Shown piece by piece: positions 49,684 through 62,060 of a stretch of 64,000 nucleotides of DNA (the first letter of the stretch is position 1; each line of letters opens with the position of its first letter). The position numbers and the translations under genes were made by a program. The notes beneath the pieces were generated by a model. It was not told where the DNA came from, did not search any database, and saw only the letters and a program-made list of their open reading frames with translations. The stretch is from Tricharina praecox. Taxonomy: Eukaryota. The stretch spans positions 620,001 to 684,000 of the forward strand of contig NW_026250403.1 in assembly GCF_024521635.1 (NCBI RefSeq), in the 5' to 3' direction.

Positions 49684-51968
49684 CTACAGCTCCACCTGCC
49701 CATCTTCGGCAACCGCCTTTTCGGCCAGTAACTCGAAGTCCTCTAGCTGCTTCTGGATGTACACCTTGAAGTCGATGGTTTCGTCGACGATTTTTCGGGT
49801 CTCGCCGTGTAGCTTTTCGCGCTGGTGAGTGAACGCTTGGATGAGCTCATCGTATCTATTGCTTTTGTTAGATTGAGAGAGACGCGGGGAGGGGGAGGGG
49901 GGGGGATACTCGATTCCTGTGCGTTGGAACTTCTGCTCTGCTTCTAGGAGGCCCTTGTTCATCCCTACGCGCATCTGCTTCAGGCCCGCAGCTTGTTTCT
50001 CCATTTCGGCGTTGGACATGTTGATTTCCTCTTGCATTGTCTGTGAGCGGACGCGTCAGTAGTGTTGCCAACTCTTTAGGGTGAACGGAGGAACTCACTT
50101 CCTTAAGCTCCTGGTACTCATTGTTGGCCGACTGCACCTTGACCGACAGCGTCTCGAGTTCGTCACGCTTATCGGCCAATGCTTCGGCGATGCGGTCAAT
50201 GTACTCGGAGTGCTTGATGGAATCGTCCATGATGTTGTGGATATCGACACCAGTCTCCTGTCGTAGGTTCTCAAGAAACGGCTTGATATCGTGACGGAGG
50301 TCCCTCCCGAGAACCTGGCTGGGGAGGTAACCGGTGCGCTGGTCGAGAAGAAGTTTTCCGTCCCCATCGAGGTCTTGTAGCGGTAGGATGGCGAGTTCGA
50401 ATTCCTTTCCTTTGGCGCGAGGGGCGGTGGCAGGAGTGAGGCCAATCTGGTAGGCGAGCTGGTTGAAACGGGAGACGGCGCGTTCCAACTGCTCGAGCTT
50501 GTTCTGGGCGTTTTGCTCCTGCTCCTCGAGCTTTTGCTGGACCTCGTCGGACTTTGCCTTGACCTGTTGGAGGCCTTGGTTGAGTTTGCCGCGCTCGGTG
50601 TTCATCCGGTCAATATCCTGTGGCGTGAGGCCCTGGGCATCCACTTGCTGTTGTAGGGATGCCTTAAGCTTTTCAGACTCGAGAAGGTCCTGTTTGGAAA
50701 CTTCGACTTCTTCCTTGATCTTGTGGATGTGTTCTTCGTGTCTTTTCATCTTAATTTCGAGTTTTTCCACGTACTCGCCGAATCGGAGTAGGTCGCCTTC
50801 GAGCACATGTCGCTCTTCTTTCGCCTTCTTGAGCGGCTGCATCGACACCTCGAGTTCTGCGAGCTCCTCCTTGTGTTGTTTGTTCACTTCTTGGAGACGC
50901 TCGAGCTCGTCCAGATATCCGGCATCGCGCTCATCGAAGGCCTCTACCATCTCGCGTTCGAACTCCTCGTGGTCATCGATCTCGCTCAGCCATGCGTTGT
51001 AGCACTTCGCGATGTACTTGAATACAATCCTATCGGTGCCGATCGGGTAGCCCTCTTCCTCGGCGAACTCGTCGTAGTAGCCTGACTGGTACCGGTCCGT
51101 CACCTTCGCAAGCTCCATCAACCAGTGCAGCATTCCCAGCATCGCCGGCCAGGTATTTTGTGAGCCGACGGCGGTAAGTTGCGTTCTGGTTATGGTCGCA
51201 GCGTATGGATATTTCAGATTTGTGAGCAGCGGCAACACCTCCGTCTCTGGTTTCCCGGAGCTGAACACGTAATTCTGATCGAGGCGCATATACAGCCACT
51301 GGAAGATCATGTAGAAATCCTTCTGTGTAGGGCTCTGCAATGCATGTTGCGCCAATTGATGCTTCATATCCATCTCGAATCCATTTTCGAGCAAATACTC
51401 CATGACATCACTTTGCATTTTCTGCTTGAACTGCGCATTCTTCAGCGGCCGTGGATCCTTCTGCACACTCTTATTGGTAGTCGTAAAGAAACTCTGTCCC
51501 ATGCTTCCTCCCATAGACGGCCGGTTATACGCGCTGCTTCGCCGCGTGGTAGATGGCGGTGGCTGCGAGCCGGGCGCAAACGACTTTCGCACAGAGTTTC
51601 GCTTCACGGTTGACATCGCGCCTGCGGATTCGGCTAGGTTCCCACCCATCGACGAGCGCATCATTCCTGCACCAGAGCCGGAGCCGCCGCCGGACCGGGG
51701 AGGCGCCATGGACATCCGAGAGCTGGCGACGGGAGCCATCGATTGTCGCGTTCCCGCGCCGGATCCGGGCCGCTTCATTGCTGATGCGGGCTGGGGAAGA
51801 CCGCTGCCGCCGTACATGTTTCTGTCGAAGCCGCTCATGGTCTATTGCGAGCGAGGGTAAGCAATGGGCCGGTCCTTGTGGGACTATGGCGATGGTGGGA
51901 AGGCTATATACTTCTCGTGGCCGCTTGAACGCGCTGAAGAGATTTGTGTTGTTGCTGTCCTGGGACAT
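49684..51968 (-). CDS. NDC80: Kinetochore protein Ndc80/Hec1
   Basis: KDPRPLK...SPTQKDFYMIFQWLY...LKYPY...LTAVGSQNTWPAMLGMLHWL (CH domain) followed by a long coiled coil. Introns near 51845-51911, 50043-50098 and 49856-49909. Confidence 0.95.
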
Positions 51969-52752
51969 AATGGCAGGTGTGGTATGTGTATCTCTCTTAT
52001 TTGTTTTTCTATATAGCCAGGGGTAAGCCTGGGGCGTTTCGGCGTGTGTGTGTGTGTGGCGTGGCAGTTTGCAGATATGATATGGACGATGTGAGGGTGG
52101 GTGGGTGAGTTGATTGCGGTGGTGATGGTGGGGGTGGGGCGGTGGTGTTGACGAGCTACGCAGCTGGCTGCCAAGACGTCAGTCGCGAAAACAAACAAAT
52201 GCTTAGAGACACCCTAGCAACGCGAAGGACCGCGATGGCAGCAACGGCAGCAACGACAGCAACGATTGCGGAGAATACACGGAATTCTTTAGAAAACGTC
52301 GATCTCCGGTCTGAACACTTCCGATCGTACTCTGCAGACTTTTCCGCTGTATAAACATTTCATTTCCCTAAGTGCGCTCGCCGGCGTCGCTCAGCCAGAT
52401 CCTCGGCTCAACACCTGGATTTGTTTGGGGCAATCCCCTTCTTCGGTTCGGCTGTTGCTCCCTTCACGAGCCAGCCCAGCCAGCCAGCAGCCCCCAGCCA
52501 GCCAGCCAGACCGCCCCCAGACGAACAACCAGCCAACCCGCCGCTGTGCCACAACCACCACCACACCTCAACCCACCACTCATAATCCCCCGAACATCAC
52601 CCAAAAAACCACCCAACACACATAAATCCTTCTCTCTGTCCCCAGCATCGCCGAAAGAACACTTCTCTCCTTGGAATATCTCAACATAGGAAAAGAAGTC
52701 CCCATCCACCCAGCCACCTCTCCTAGCAACATCCACCTCAACCACAACAAAC

Positions 52753-54053
52753 ATGCGGGAAGACCTCATAGTATCGGCAGTGAGTGGTTCCCCGAAACAC
52801 ATCCACAAACAAGAAAGAACAAGAAACAAGACAAAGATTCATAGCTAACCGTTCCTCCAGATGTCCTGTAAGCTTCCCCAACCACACCTTCCCACAACCA
52901 CAAAACTCAATCTAATGCTGTCTCTCTCCAGTTCTCCAGGACCCTACCGTTGCCGCCTCCCCCCTAGAAAAGCGCGTCGCGTTTCTGCGCTCAAAAAACT
53001 TAACGCAAGAGGAGATCGACGCCTCGCTGCGACGAGTGGGAGAGTCGCCTGCATCAATATCTCATGCCGTAGCTACAACAAACTCATCGGCACCGCCGCC
53101 TTCATATGGTGCTCCTCCCCCTTACTCCTCCGGATACTACGGCCCACAGCAGCAGCAAGCTCCACAGTAAGCCAGCCTCCTCTGTCCACCTCGTGACCTC
53201 GTGGTATACATCTGCTTACGCGGATTCGCCACACAGGGTTACCGGCCGTGATTGGCGGGATTGGTTCATCATGGCGACAGTATCCGGCAGTGTCGGTTAC
53301 GGTCTCTACTACCTCACCAAGCGCTACGTCTACCCCCTAATCGCGCCCCCGACACCACCCCAGCTTGAAGCCGACAAAGCTTCGATCGACGAGAAATTCA
53401 CGCAAGCCTTCGAAGTCCTGGACACATTGAAAGCCGACACAGCCGCACTCAAGTCCGCCGAGGAGGACCGCAAAGCCCGTGTCGACGCTGCCCTGGAAGA
53501 AGTCGAGTCCGTCGTCCAAGACCTCAAGAACGCCGGTAAGCGTCGCGAAGACGAGAGTAAACGCGTCGGCGACGAGGTGCGTGGCCTCCGCGACCTCATC
53601 CCCAAGGCCCTCGAGGGACAGAAGGAATCCCAGAAGAAGGCTCTCGAGGATCTTCAGACCGAGCTGAAGAGCTTGAAGCAGCTGGTGATGAACCGGACTG
53701 CTCCCGCGAGACCTAGCTACGTACCCACGAGCAACATCGGCACTCCTCCGCTCGATCCCGGTGCGGCATCTAACGCCCCTTCGACGGCCGCCCAGACTGC
53801 TATCAATGGACTTTCGGTTGCGGCGCAGGGACTCGGAACAGGCGGTACTGCGATTGGTGGCCTGGAGGCGAAGGCAGTACCCTCAGCGCCGGTGCAGTAC
53901 CGTGGTATGGGAGCCGGTGTCGGCGGAAAGCAGAGTATTCCGGCGTGGCAGATGGCCGCGGCTAGGGCCAACTCAACCCCGGCGGTGGTTCCCACCGCTA
54001 CGGCTGCCAGTGGCTCGGGTAAGGGGAGTGATGCCGAGGCTTCGGCTTCATAG
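52753..54053 (+). CDS. PEX14: Peroxisomal membrane docking peroxin Pex14
   Basis: MREDLIVSA|MS|FLQDPTVAASPLEKRVAFLRSKNLTQEEIDASL (Pex14_N, joined via a 7-nt exon at 52861-52867), then RDWRDWFIMATVSG, a TM segment, a coiled coil and SIPAWQ near the C-terminus. Confidence 0.95.
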
Positions 54054-54378
54054 AGGGATGACTACCGCAGCAAGGCGTGGTGGGAACGGAAGGGAATGGA
54101 CTGAACTGGTTGTAGAATAGTTGCATGAGATGTGGGCATTTTTTTGCTTTGTGTTTTATTGAGTGCTGTTGGTTGCTCATTGTGTTGTGTCGTATTCCCT
54201 ATTTCTATTTACTTCACCATCACCCCCTTTCGTTGGTTTATATTCGGGTTGGTGATGGAGATCAGATTGATGCGCGTTGCTTTTTTCGTGTTTTTTTATT
54301 TTGCAGCTTCTTTATAAGCAACATCTAGTATTGTCTGGCACTGGCGGTGGGTGTTCTAGCGTGACGATTGTGACGGAG

Positions 54379-54441
54379 ACGGGGATGGGGACGGATACGG
54401 GGACGGGGATGGGGACGGATACGGGGACGGGGACAGGGACG
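54379..54441. repeat. G-rich (GGGGAC/GGGGAT)n tandem repeat between the convergent PEX14 and seipin 3' ends
   Basis: Repeated GGGGAY hexamers with a 24-bp higher-order period. Confidence 0.85.
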
Positions 54442-54657
54442 GTACGTGATGGAATGGTACGTTACAGAGAGACTAAAGAGAGCAAAGATACATTCGATTT
54501 TCTTTCATTTCATCTTTGTGCTCAAGTGACCGTTTCATTCCAGCAACAGAAGTGAAGAATTCTCACCAGTGATTGAACGTACAATCAAACCGGAAACCAG
54601 AGGATATGATATCTACTGCCATTACTACGCATTCTCCTACCTCGCACTTCCCGAACT

Positions 54658-55823
54658 CTACAGCCGTCTCCTCCTACGCACACTCTCAGCTCCTTCCCGA
54701 GCCGTACTCTCGCTCAACGTCGTAGTTCCCAATCCCGAATCGGCCACTCTCTCATCTTCCGAAAACCCATCCTCATCATCCCCCTCCTGGGACCCACCAC
54801 TCTCATCTCCCTCCGGCCCCGCTGGTGCCGGTGTGCTCTCGGGTGTAGGATACGGTGGCGCCCCGCCCACACGCGGGAACGTCCGCTGGGTATCCTCGAC
54901 CACAAGCATTTGTTCCCCTTCCTCCTCCTCATCCTCCTCCTCGCCCTCCTCCTTCTCCGCCACATCCTTTACCTCCCCCACAGGCACCGTCCCCAGCAGC
55001 CCACTAACCAACCACCACCCGACGCCGGCGGCCACCACCTCGACAGCCCAAAACAGCCCCACGAAGACCACAAACGTAGTAACAGGCCAGTAATACATAG
55101 CCCATCTGAGGCCCTGCAGCGAGGCAACAAACTCCAGCCTGGCCTCATAGACATTGATTCTCTCGTTCAACAGCACTGTAGCAGTTGTCGGCTCGCGCGT
55201 CCACACGGCCGCCTCGGCTAGCGCGATGCGCAGCGTCTCCTCCTGCCGGACCAGTCCCGCGACCAGCAGCGGCGAGAACGCCAGCGTCCGCAACGTCGTC
55301 AGCAGCGGCGTGCGGTACGTTAAAATCCCGGGCCGCCGCGTGTGCAGCAGCACACCGCCCGTGGAGTGCAAAGAAAGGTCCACGTCGAAATTACCAACCT
55401 CGACGTTGCGCGGCGACGCGGGCAGCGTCATGTGCAGCGTGATCTTGTATGGTTGCTCGGGGATCAGCTCGCCAGATGAGAAGCTGACTGAGGCCGTGGG
55501 GTGCTCAGTGGGGCTGTGGATGTCAGCGGGAGGGGATGGTGGGTGGGCGGGGGGATTTACGCATAGCTGAAGTACATTGGCCGGACGATGCCGATGGAGG
55601 GGACGTAGGAGGCGTAGAATAGGAGGTAGGAGAAAACCGCGATGAAGAGGAGTGTAATGGAGGCGGTGAAGAGGAGGATCGTCTGTAGGTAAGCGCGACG
55701 GGCGGGTTTGCTGAAGAGGTGGTGGAGGGGGGTTAGGAGGAGGTCCTAGATGATCAATTACTATCATCAGTTGTTATTCACATTGAGGAGGTTTGGGTAT
55801 TGAGGGGGTTTGGGTATTACCAT
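54658..55823 (-). CDS. Seipin (lipid droplet biogenesis; BSCL2/Sei1 family)
   Basis: ATG at 55823 is followed at once by an intron. Then DLLLTPL...RRAYLQTILL...FYASYVPSIG..MYFSY, the lumenal QPYKITLHMTLPASPRNVEVGNF, GLRWAMYYWP, TM2 and an acidic tail. Confidence 0.9.
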
Positions 55824-56241
55824 TGCGGGACTCAATGGCGGGTGGCAGTTGTGGTGAGGTGGTGAATGGGGACGAGGAGCGCGTTCAGGCCATGGTCTGG
55901 TCTGGCGGGGAAATTGACGTAGCAAGCTGCAGCAGAGCTCTAATTTCTAGCTTGAGCTTTTGCACGTGCTTATCACAAGGGTCCGAGCATAAAGATCACC
56001 ACTCGAAGTGCATTCCCATGGGTGAATATTCTAATGATTTCTTCAAGATCATGTACGAAGAAGAAATTATTCCACCCAAGCAAGCAAGTCGTAAAATCTG
56101 TAGAAATGATCATGACGGACGCCAACGAATAGCCGCAAGCAAACACGCAAAACACAACCACAGCCCGTCCCCTCCCCGGATATAATATACACATCATTAC
56201 TGCCTCCCACATATCCTTCCTCCTCCCGCAGCCTAGCCTAG

Positions 56242-57047
56242 CTATTCGTCATCCAGAATAGAGCTCGCAAGTGGCCCAAAGAATGGAACCTCACACCTAT
56301 AGTACCACCCTGTCAGCTCGTATTTCTCAAAGTTCCACCGCACCTCGGAGAACCCACCTATCGAGAGTGTCCGCATCCTGATACGCCCTCATACTCAAGT
56401 ACAGTATCATCACGATATCCACGACAAGTAGCGTATAACTCAAGAACGCCGAGAACGAAAAGACGAGATGTACGACCTGTTGCACATATCAGCCACCTTT
56501 ATCCCGCACCGTGCGAAGAGGTAGGTACTCACGACCATAAACGCAAACAGCAGCGAGCTCTGCCACGCGTGAAACCTACACCCAGAGTTAACCCCGACCC
56601 GCCGGCGCCTCCCACGAGGAACGTAAAGTAACGCACCTAACATAGTCACTCTTATGCTCCGTAATAAGCAGCAGCACGCCTCCCGCGGGCGGGAGTAGCA
56701 CGTAAGCCATAACCGCCTCCCAATCCAATCTGCTCTCCGCACATAACACAACACATCAGCCCTCACTCCCCGAGTCCCCCCGAGTCCCCCCAACCTCCAC
56801 TTCCTCCGAGAGTTGGTGCGCACCTTATCGGCAAACTGGTCTCAAATTGGTTGATGGTATCGCGGGCACTCGCCCATCCTCCGGACTGGTTGTGAGTCGG
56901 CAGTAACGGCGGCGGGCCTGTGGTCGGCGGAAGGTTTAATGGTGAGTATGAGGGGTTGCTGGCCGCCGGGGGTGATAGCGGTCGGTTGAGGTTTAAGCTC
57001 CGGCGGGAGGTGTCCGGGGACTCGGATTGGTACGGGGCGAAATCCAT
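56242..57047 (-). CDS. Small multi-pass membrane protein (UPF0132-like)
   Basis: Spliced product MDFAPYQSESPD...NQFETSLPIR|LDWEAVMAYVLLPPAGGVLLLITEHKSDYVR|FHAWQSSLLF...AYQDADTLDR|YEVPFFGPLASSILDDE*. Confidence 0.82.
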
Positions 57048-57495
57048 GACGCGTTGATGTGCAGAGGTTCGTTGATGTGGTGTATGAGTTCCGAGGGAAT
57101 GGTGGGCTTGTTAATCGCTGGCGTTGAGGGTCACTCAAGGCATCGCGTTGCGGTGGTCATGGAGACAGCTGCTGGGCTTAGGAGCTCTGTTAAAGTGCAT
57201 TTACCCGGCGGCTCTGCAAGCTATGAGGAGGCGCTCACTACTCTAGTCAAAGGTTTTCAAGCACCGATTCAAGCTTTAAATAATCGGAAATTCCCCAGCA
57301 TTCCACCACACATCTCTTGATGATAGAGCACATATGATACAGGTCCATCAAAGAAAAGCCCATACATATAAGAAGCATGTCAACAAACCCGTTTGCGCCC
57401 AAATTAACTCGCTATAACCGAAAACAAATCCAAAAACAAGACAACCCAACCCCATTAATCCGGACCACCGCTCTTCGTATCAGCACGCCGAGAAC

Positions 57496-59451
57496 TTAGG
57501 TCATGGAGTATTTCGGTCCCTCACCACCCTGTGGTGTGGTCCAGTTGATATCCTGTGAAGGTGCCTGGGAGATATTAGTTGATGCTGAGAGATAATTTCT
57601 GAGGTGCTAGTTACCTTGATATCGCACGTCTTGCAGTGAATGCAGTTCTGCGCATTGATCTGGAATCTCACTCCTTGTGGTTTCGTGGAGTCCTCGACGT
57701 ACTCGTACACGCCAGCAGGACAGAACCGGTTCTCGACACCCTTGAACCGGGGCCATTCCTTCTCGGTGTGCTTGTCCCAATCGGCAACCCGCAAGTGCAC
57801 CGGTTGGTCCTCCTCGTGGTTGGTACCGGTAAGATTGACACTGGTGAGAATGTCGAAGCTTAATACTCCGTCGGGCTTGGGGTATTCGATCTTCTTGACC
57901 TGGTCGACGGTCTTGGTGGCCTCGTGGTCCATCACCTTGTGGCTCAGTGTCCATGGAACATGCCCCTTGAGGACATACGCCTCCAGCCCCGAGTATAGGA
58001 TACCACCGAAGAGTCCCAAAGGATTGTGGAAACTGGGGCGCATGTTACGGACCTGCTTGAGTTCTTTCATAATGCTGCTGGTCCGGAGTGATTCCTCGTA
58101 GTTGTATAGCATCACCACTCCGTTGTGAGTGCTGTTGCTGAGAGCCTTGAACGTAGACTCAGCCGCCAACATGCCCGACTTCATGGAGGTGTGTATTCCC
58201 TTGATCTTGGGAACGTTGAGGAAACCGGCAGTGTCACCGATGAGAGCACCTCCGGGGAATGCAACTTTGGGGACCGACTGGAAACCACCCTCGTTCAGAG
58301 CCCTAGCACCGTACGCAATACGCTTTCCGCCTTCGAGGACCTTGGCGAAGAACGGGTGGTGCTTCATTCTCTGGAATTCGCCGTATGGAGAGAGCCAAGG
58401 ATTTGGGTAGTCCTAAACACCATTAGGTTGCCATTCGAGCTGATGTCCAAATAACGTGGCTTACCAAACCAACCACGAGTCCAAGAGACACCTTGTTCTC
58501 GCCAAAGTGATACATCCAACTTCCACCATATGTGTTGGTTGGCAGGGGCCATCCCAATGTGTGGCTGACCTGGCCCTTGACAAAGTTCTCTGGCTTGATC
58601 TCCCACACTTCCTTTAGGCCAAGTCCGTAAGTCTGTGGCTGAGCGTCTTTCCGTAAGTCGAATTTCTTGATCAGTTGTTTTGTAAGACTTCCGTGACATC
58701 CCTCGGCGAAGAGTGTGACACGAGCGTGGAACTCCATTCCCCTCTCGAACGAGGGCTTTGGCTTGCCGTCCCTCCCGATTCCAAGGTCATTCGTGGCTAC
58801 TCCCTTAACTGCCCCAACGCCGGGCGTGTAAAGAATCTCAGATGCAGCAAAGCCAGGGTAGATCTCGACGCCCAGTTCCTCCGCCCTCTCGGCCATCCAC
58901 TTGACGAGCTCGTTCAAGGAAATGATGTAGTTTCCGTGGTTCTGCATCTGCGGGGGGCCGGGTATGGGGATCGCGGACTTGCCCGTGAGAAACCGCATGC
59001 GATCCGAGGTTACTTCGGTGACCGAGTCAAAGCGCGAGGGGTTTTCTGGCGAGTTCCAGTCGGGAATGAGCTCGTTCAGCGCCGAGGGCTCAATCACTGC
59101 GCCGGAAAGGATGTGGGCGCCCATGTCGCCGGCCTTCTCGAGGAGAACCACACGGAAATCTTCATTGCCAGCCTCATTGGCCATCTGCTTCAGCCGGATG
59201 GCGGCGGCGAGACCAGAAGGTCCACCACCGACGATGACAACGTCGACCTCGTCGGACTCCCTCTCGCCGTTGAGGAGGGCCATGTTCGGCCGGCATGTAG
59301 AGGTATGTAACGATCGAATTGAGCAGGACTGGGCGGTCTGTTGTCGGATTGGAGAACTCGATAGCCGAGGCGTTAATCGGGGGTGTCGAAGAAGTGCGGG
59401 CGGTCGTGCCGCACAACGCAAGAACACAGCGGGAGTTCGTCGGGTTGCCAT
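57496..59451 (-). CDS. ETFDH: Electron transfer flavoprotein-ubiquinone oxidoreductase, mitochondrial
   Basis: Arg-rich presequence, [23 protein letters not shown] motif, [28 protein letters not shown], the 4Fe-4S motifs RFCPAGVYE and [12 protein letters not shown], and the ending GEGPKYSMT*. Confidence 0.96.
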
Positions 59452-59724
59452 TGCTTGGGTGTAGTGGAGAATCCAGGGATCATGTGGTAAAGGAAGGAAG
59501 AAGAGGACGAGAAGGAGGAGTCTTAAACAGCGCAAGACTATGATTTTCCGTCAAGCAGAGAAATCCTTGAAATCGTGAACGTGAAAACAAAAAACACTAT
59601 CCGCTCTTGGTCTCGAACATCCCACTAACCGCTTACCCCACCCACATGTCCGCCTATAGAAACCCGGCCTTATTAATGCCACACATGATATCACCGATGG
59701 CCATTCCAGAACGGAACCGCACTC

Positions 59725-59785
59725 TGACCGCTGACGGCTGACCGCTGACGGCTGACCGCTGACGGCTGACCGCTGGCCGCTGTCC
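59725..59785. repeat. (CTGAC(C/G)G)n heptamer tandem repeat upstream of ETFDH
   Basis: CTGACCG CTGACGG alternating, about 8 units. Confidence 0.85.
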
Positions 59786-60665
59786 GCTACCGTGGGGCCT
59801 CCCGGTTTGGCCAATTGAATTGTGGTCGCGTGCGCCAAATGTCTTCAAGACATTTCGCCCGTGATAACCCACCAAGCACACGTCCGTCCGAGGGGTCTCT
59901 CCCGTCGCATCCCATCTTGAGCTCCATGAAGGCGAAGCATCTTCGGTGTAAGCACAGTTCCTTTTTCCTGCTGGCAATCTTCGATTATGGCACCAATCAA
60001 TTCACGGTGCATCTTAGCTACCGATGGGCCCCGGGGGGCTTCGGTCCGGAACAATTCGTACCAAGTGGAAACTGGTGGCACGACACCTACCCCGCAAGAT
60101 CCTCTCAAAGACGGAGCTCCTGTGGCTTCATCCTCCCCCCAGGTCTCAAGTGCCCAAGGGCCTGTAGGCTGTAGGTACCTGTTTGGATACCCGCGGGTTG
60201 GTTTTCGCAAAATCGATTTCCCGCGGAAGCCCTGCAGGCGAAAAGGGTGCCTGAAAAGGCATAGTGGACAATCTCCGCGAATTAGCCAAGCGGATTGATG
60301 GCTGGGACCTGGTACTACATAACTCTAGCACTCTACAACAAGAGGCCCGCAACGACCACGGCACCGGTGACAAACCTCAAGTCGATACTGTTCGCCTTTG
60401 GACTGATTATGTCTGTCAGTTTTGATGATTCTCGACGCCCTGGTTCCCTTACTGCTCTCCTCAGCCTTGAAACTCACACGATACCCATCCCCCCCGTTTA
60501 CTCCAAGCAGCATGGCGCTTACGTCTACGTAACTCAGCTGAAGTAATACCCAGAGTACCATGTCTGACGTCGGGTTAAACTGCTTTATAGCAAGGGAAGC
60601 TGCACAATTCAAAGAAAACAACCACGTCCTCCAGCAAGCTACCTACATTTCCACGTTATCGACAA

Positions 60666-62060
60666 ATGTTTAACATTAGGGATAAACTGCAGTTGAGCGA
60701 GGAATGCCGGGACTGGGATGATGCAGATATCCGGCCATATATCCCAGTCATCGACGCAATCAATTTCAAAGCGCTCATCGCCGCCGCTCGCAAATGTCGT
60801 ATCACGGTTGAACCGCATGCCCAAAGCCTCTCTTGCTCGATAGAGTCCAACATATTGGGCTCCTACCACGTCATCTCCGTGCTCGTCTTCTCCGACGGTC
60901 TCAAATGGGTCGCAAAGGTCCCGCGGTATGGCATCGCGCCCACCTTCGGAGAGCTCACTCAGGAGAGGATGCTCTCCGAGATCCTGACGCTGCGCCTCAT
61001 CCGCTCAAGAACTGCAGTTCCCGTCCCCGAAATCTATGACTGGGATACTACTCGATGCAAGATCGGTGTGCCGTACATACTCATGACATTCCTGCCTGGA
61101 ACATCTCTCGACAGGCTGTGGTTCGATCGAGATTGGGCGACGGAAGAGATGCGGATGCACGTCCTCGGCAATCTCGCTAGGACGATGTCGGATCTCCACT
61201 CCCTCCGCTTCAATGAAATAGGCTCGTTAAAGTTCGATGAGAAGGGAGACTTCTCCGGGGTTGGCCCAGTAATCTCTCAGACCGAAGGCGACATCTTCCA
61301 TCCGGAATTCGATATGATCGACGGGAACCAGACGATCAGATGGCCGCCAGCTTCAGCATACGGCCCATTCAGAACGGCAAAGTCGTTTCTACTGGCCGGA
61401 GTCGAGGCACTGGATGCGGAGAAGGGACTGAGTCCGGTTGCGAGGAAACAGCGGACAGCCGATATTGCGGTCCTCCATTTCGCTATCGAGTCGATTCCGG
61501 AACGCCTGTCGCTGGACGACGGTGACTCGTTCATTGTGGCCCATCCAAACCTCGACGCTCCAAACATTCTCGTTGACGACGACGGCAACATCACCGGCGT
61601 GATCGACTGGGACGGAGTCCAAACGATGCCCAGAGGATATGGATTCTCCTGCTACCCTTCGTGGATAACTCGGGATTGGGATCCGATCATGTACGGATGC
61701 AGCGAACCGGGCTATGAGGACACGCCCGAGACGCTATCTCGATACCGACAAGCCTACGCCTCCGCCTTCCAGGATGTAAACCTCCCCTCCTGCGATTACA
61801 TTCCCGATGAGACACGCCTCTCGCACATCTACGAAGCTATCTACATCGCCGCATCAAGCTACTGGAACCTCAGCCCAATCGACAAGCTTTTGGAACACGC
61901 CTTTCGCGGGACCTCAGATGAACCTTTTGTTGTCGAAGACTTTAGGCGGAATCTAGCGAATGAGCTGGAATGCGGGAAGGGAGACGAATTACTGGCGCAG
62001 ATCAATATGGCGTTTAGGAAAATGTGGTATCCCGAGTGGGAGTATGGCCTGGCGCTATAG
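60666..62060 (+). CDS. APH/choline-kinase-like phosphotransferase family protein (probable pseudokinase as encoded)
   Basis: Intronless 464-aa ORF with GSYHVI..LVFSDGLKWVAKVP, SEILTLRLI...VPVPEIYDW, PYILMTFLPG and HPNLDAPNILVDDDGNITGVIDWD. Confidence 0.9.
   Translation: MFNIRDKLQLSEECRDWDDADIRPYIPVIDAINFKALIAAARKCRITVEPHAQSLSCSIESNILGSYHVISVLVFSDGLKWVAKVPRYGIAPTFGELTQERMLSEILTLRLIRSRTAVPVPEIYDWDTTRCKIGVPYILMTFLPGTSLDRLWFDRDWATEEMRMHVLGNLARTMSDLHSLRFNEIGSLKFDEKGDFSGVGPVISQTEGDIFHPEFDMIDGNQTIRWPPASAYGPFRTAKSFLLAGVEALDAEKGLSPVARKQRTADIAVLHFAIESIPERLSLDDGDSFIVAHPNLDAPNILVDDDGNITGVIDWDGVQTMPRGYGFSCYPSWITRDWDPIMYGCSEPGYEDTPETLSRYRQAYASAFQDVNLPSCDYIPDETRLSHIYEAIYIAASSYWNLSPIDKLLEHAFRGTSDEPFVVEDFRRNLANELECGKGDELLAQINMAFRKMWYPEWEYGLAL

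Noticed and set aside
60588-60590. In-frame TAG upstream of the APH ORF as an editable premature stop
   Set aside because: A TAA lies four codons further upstream with no ATG between; the TAG fits better as a 5'UTR splice acceptor.
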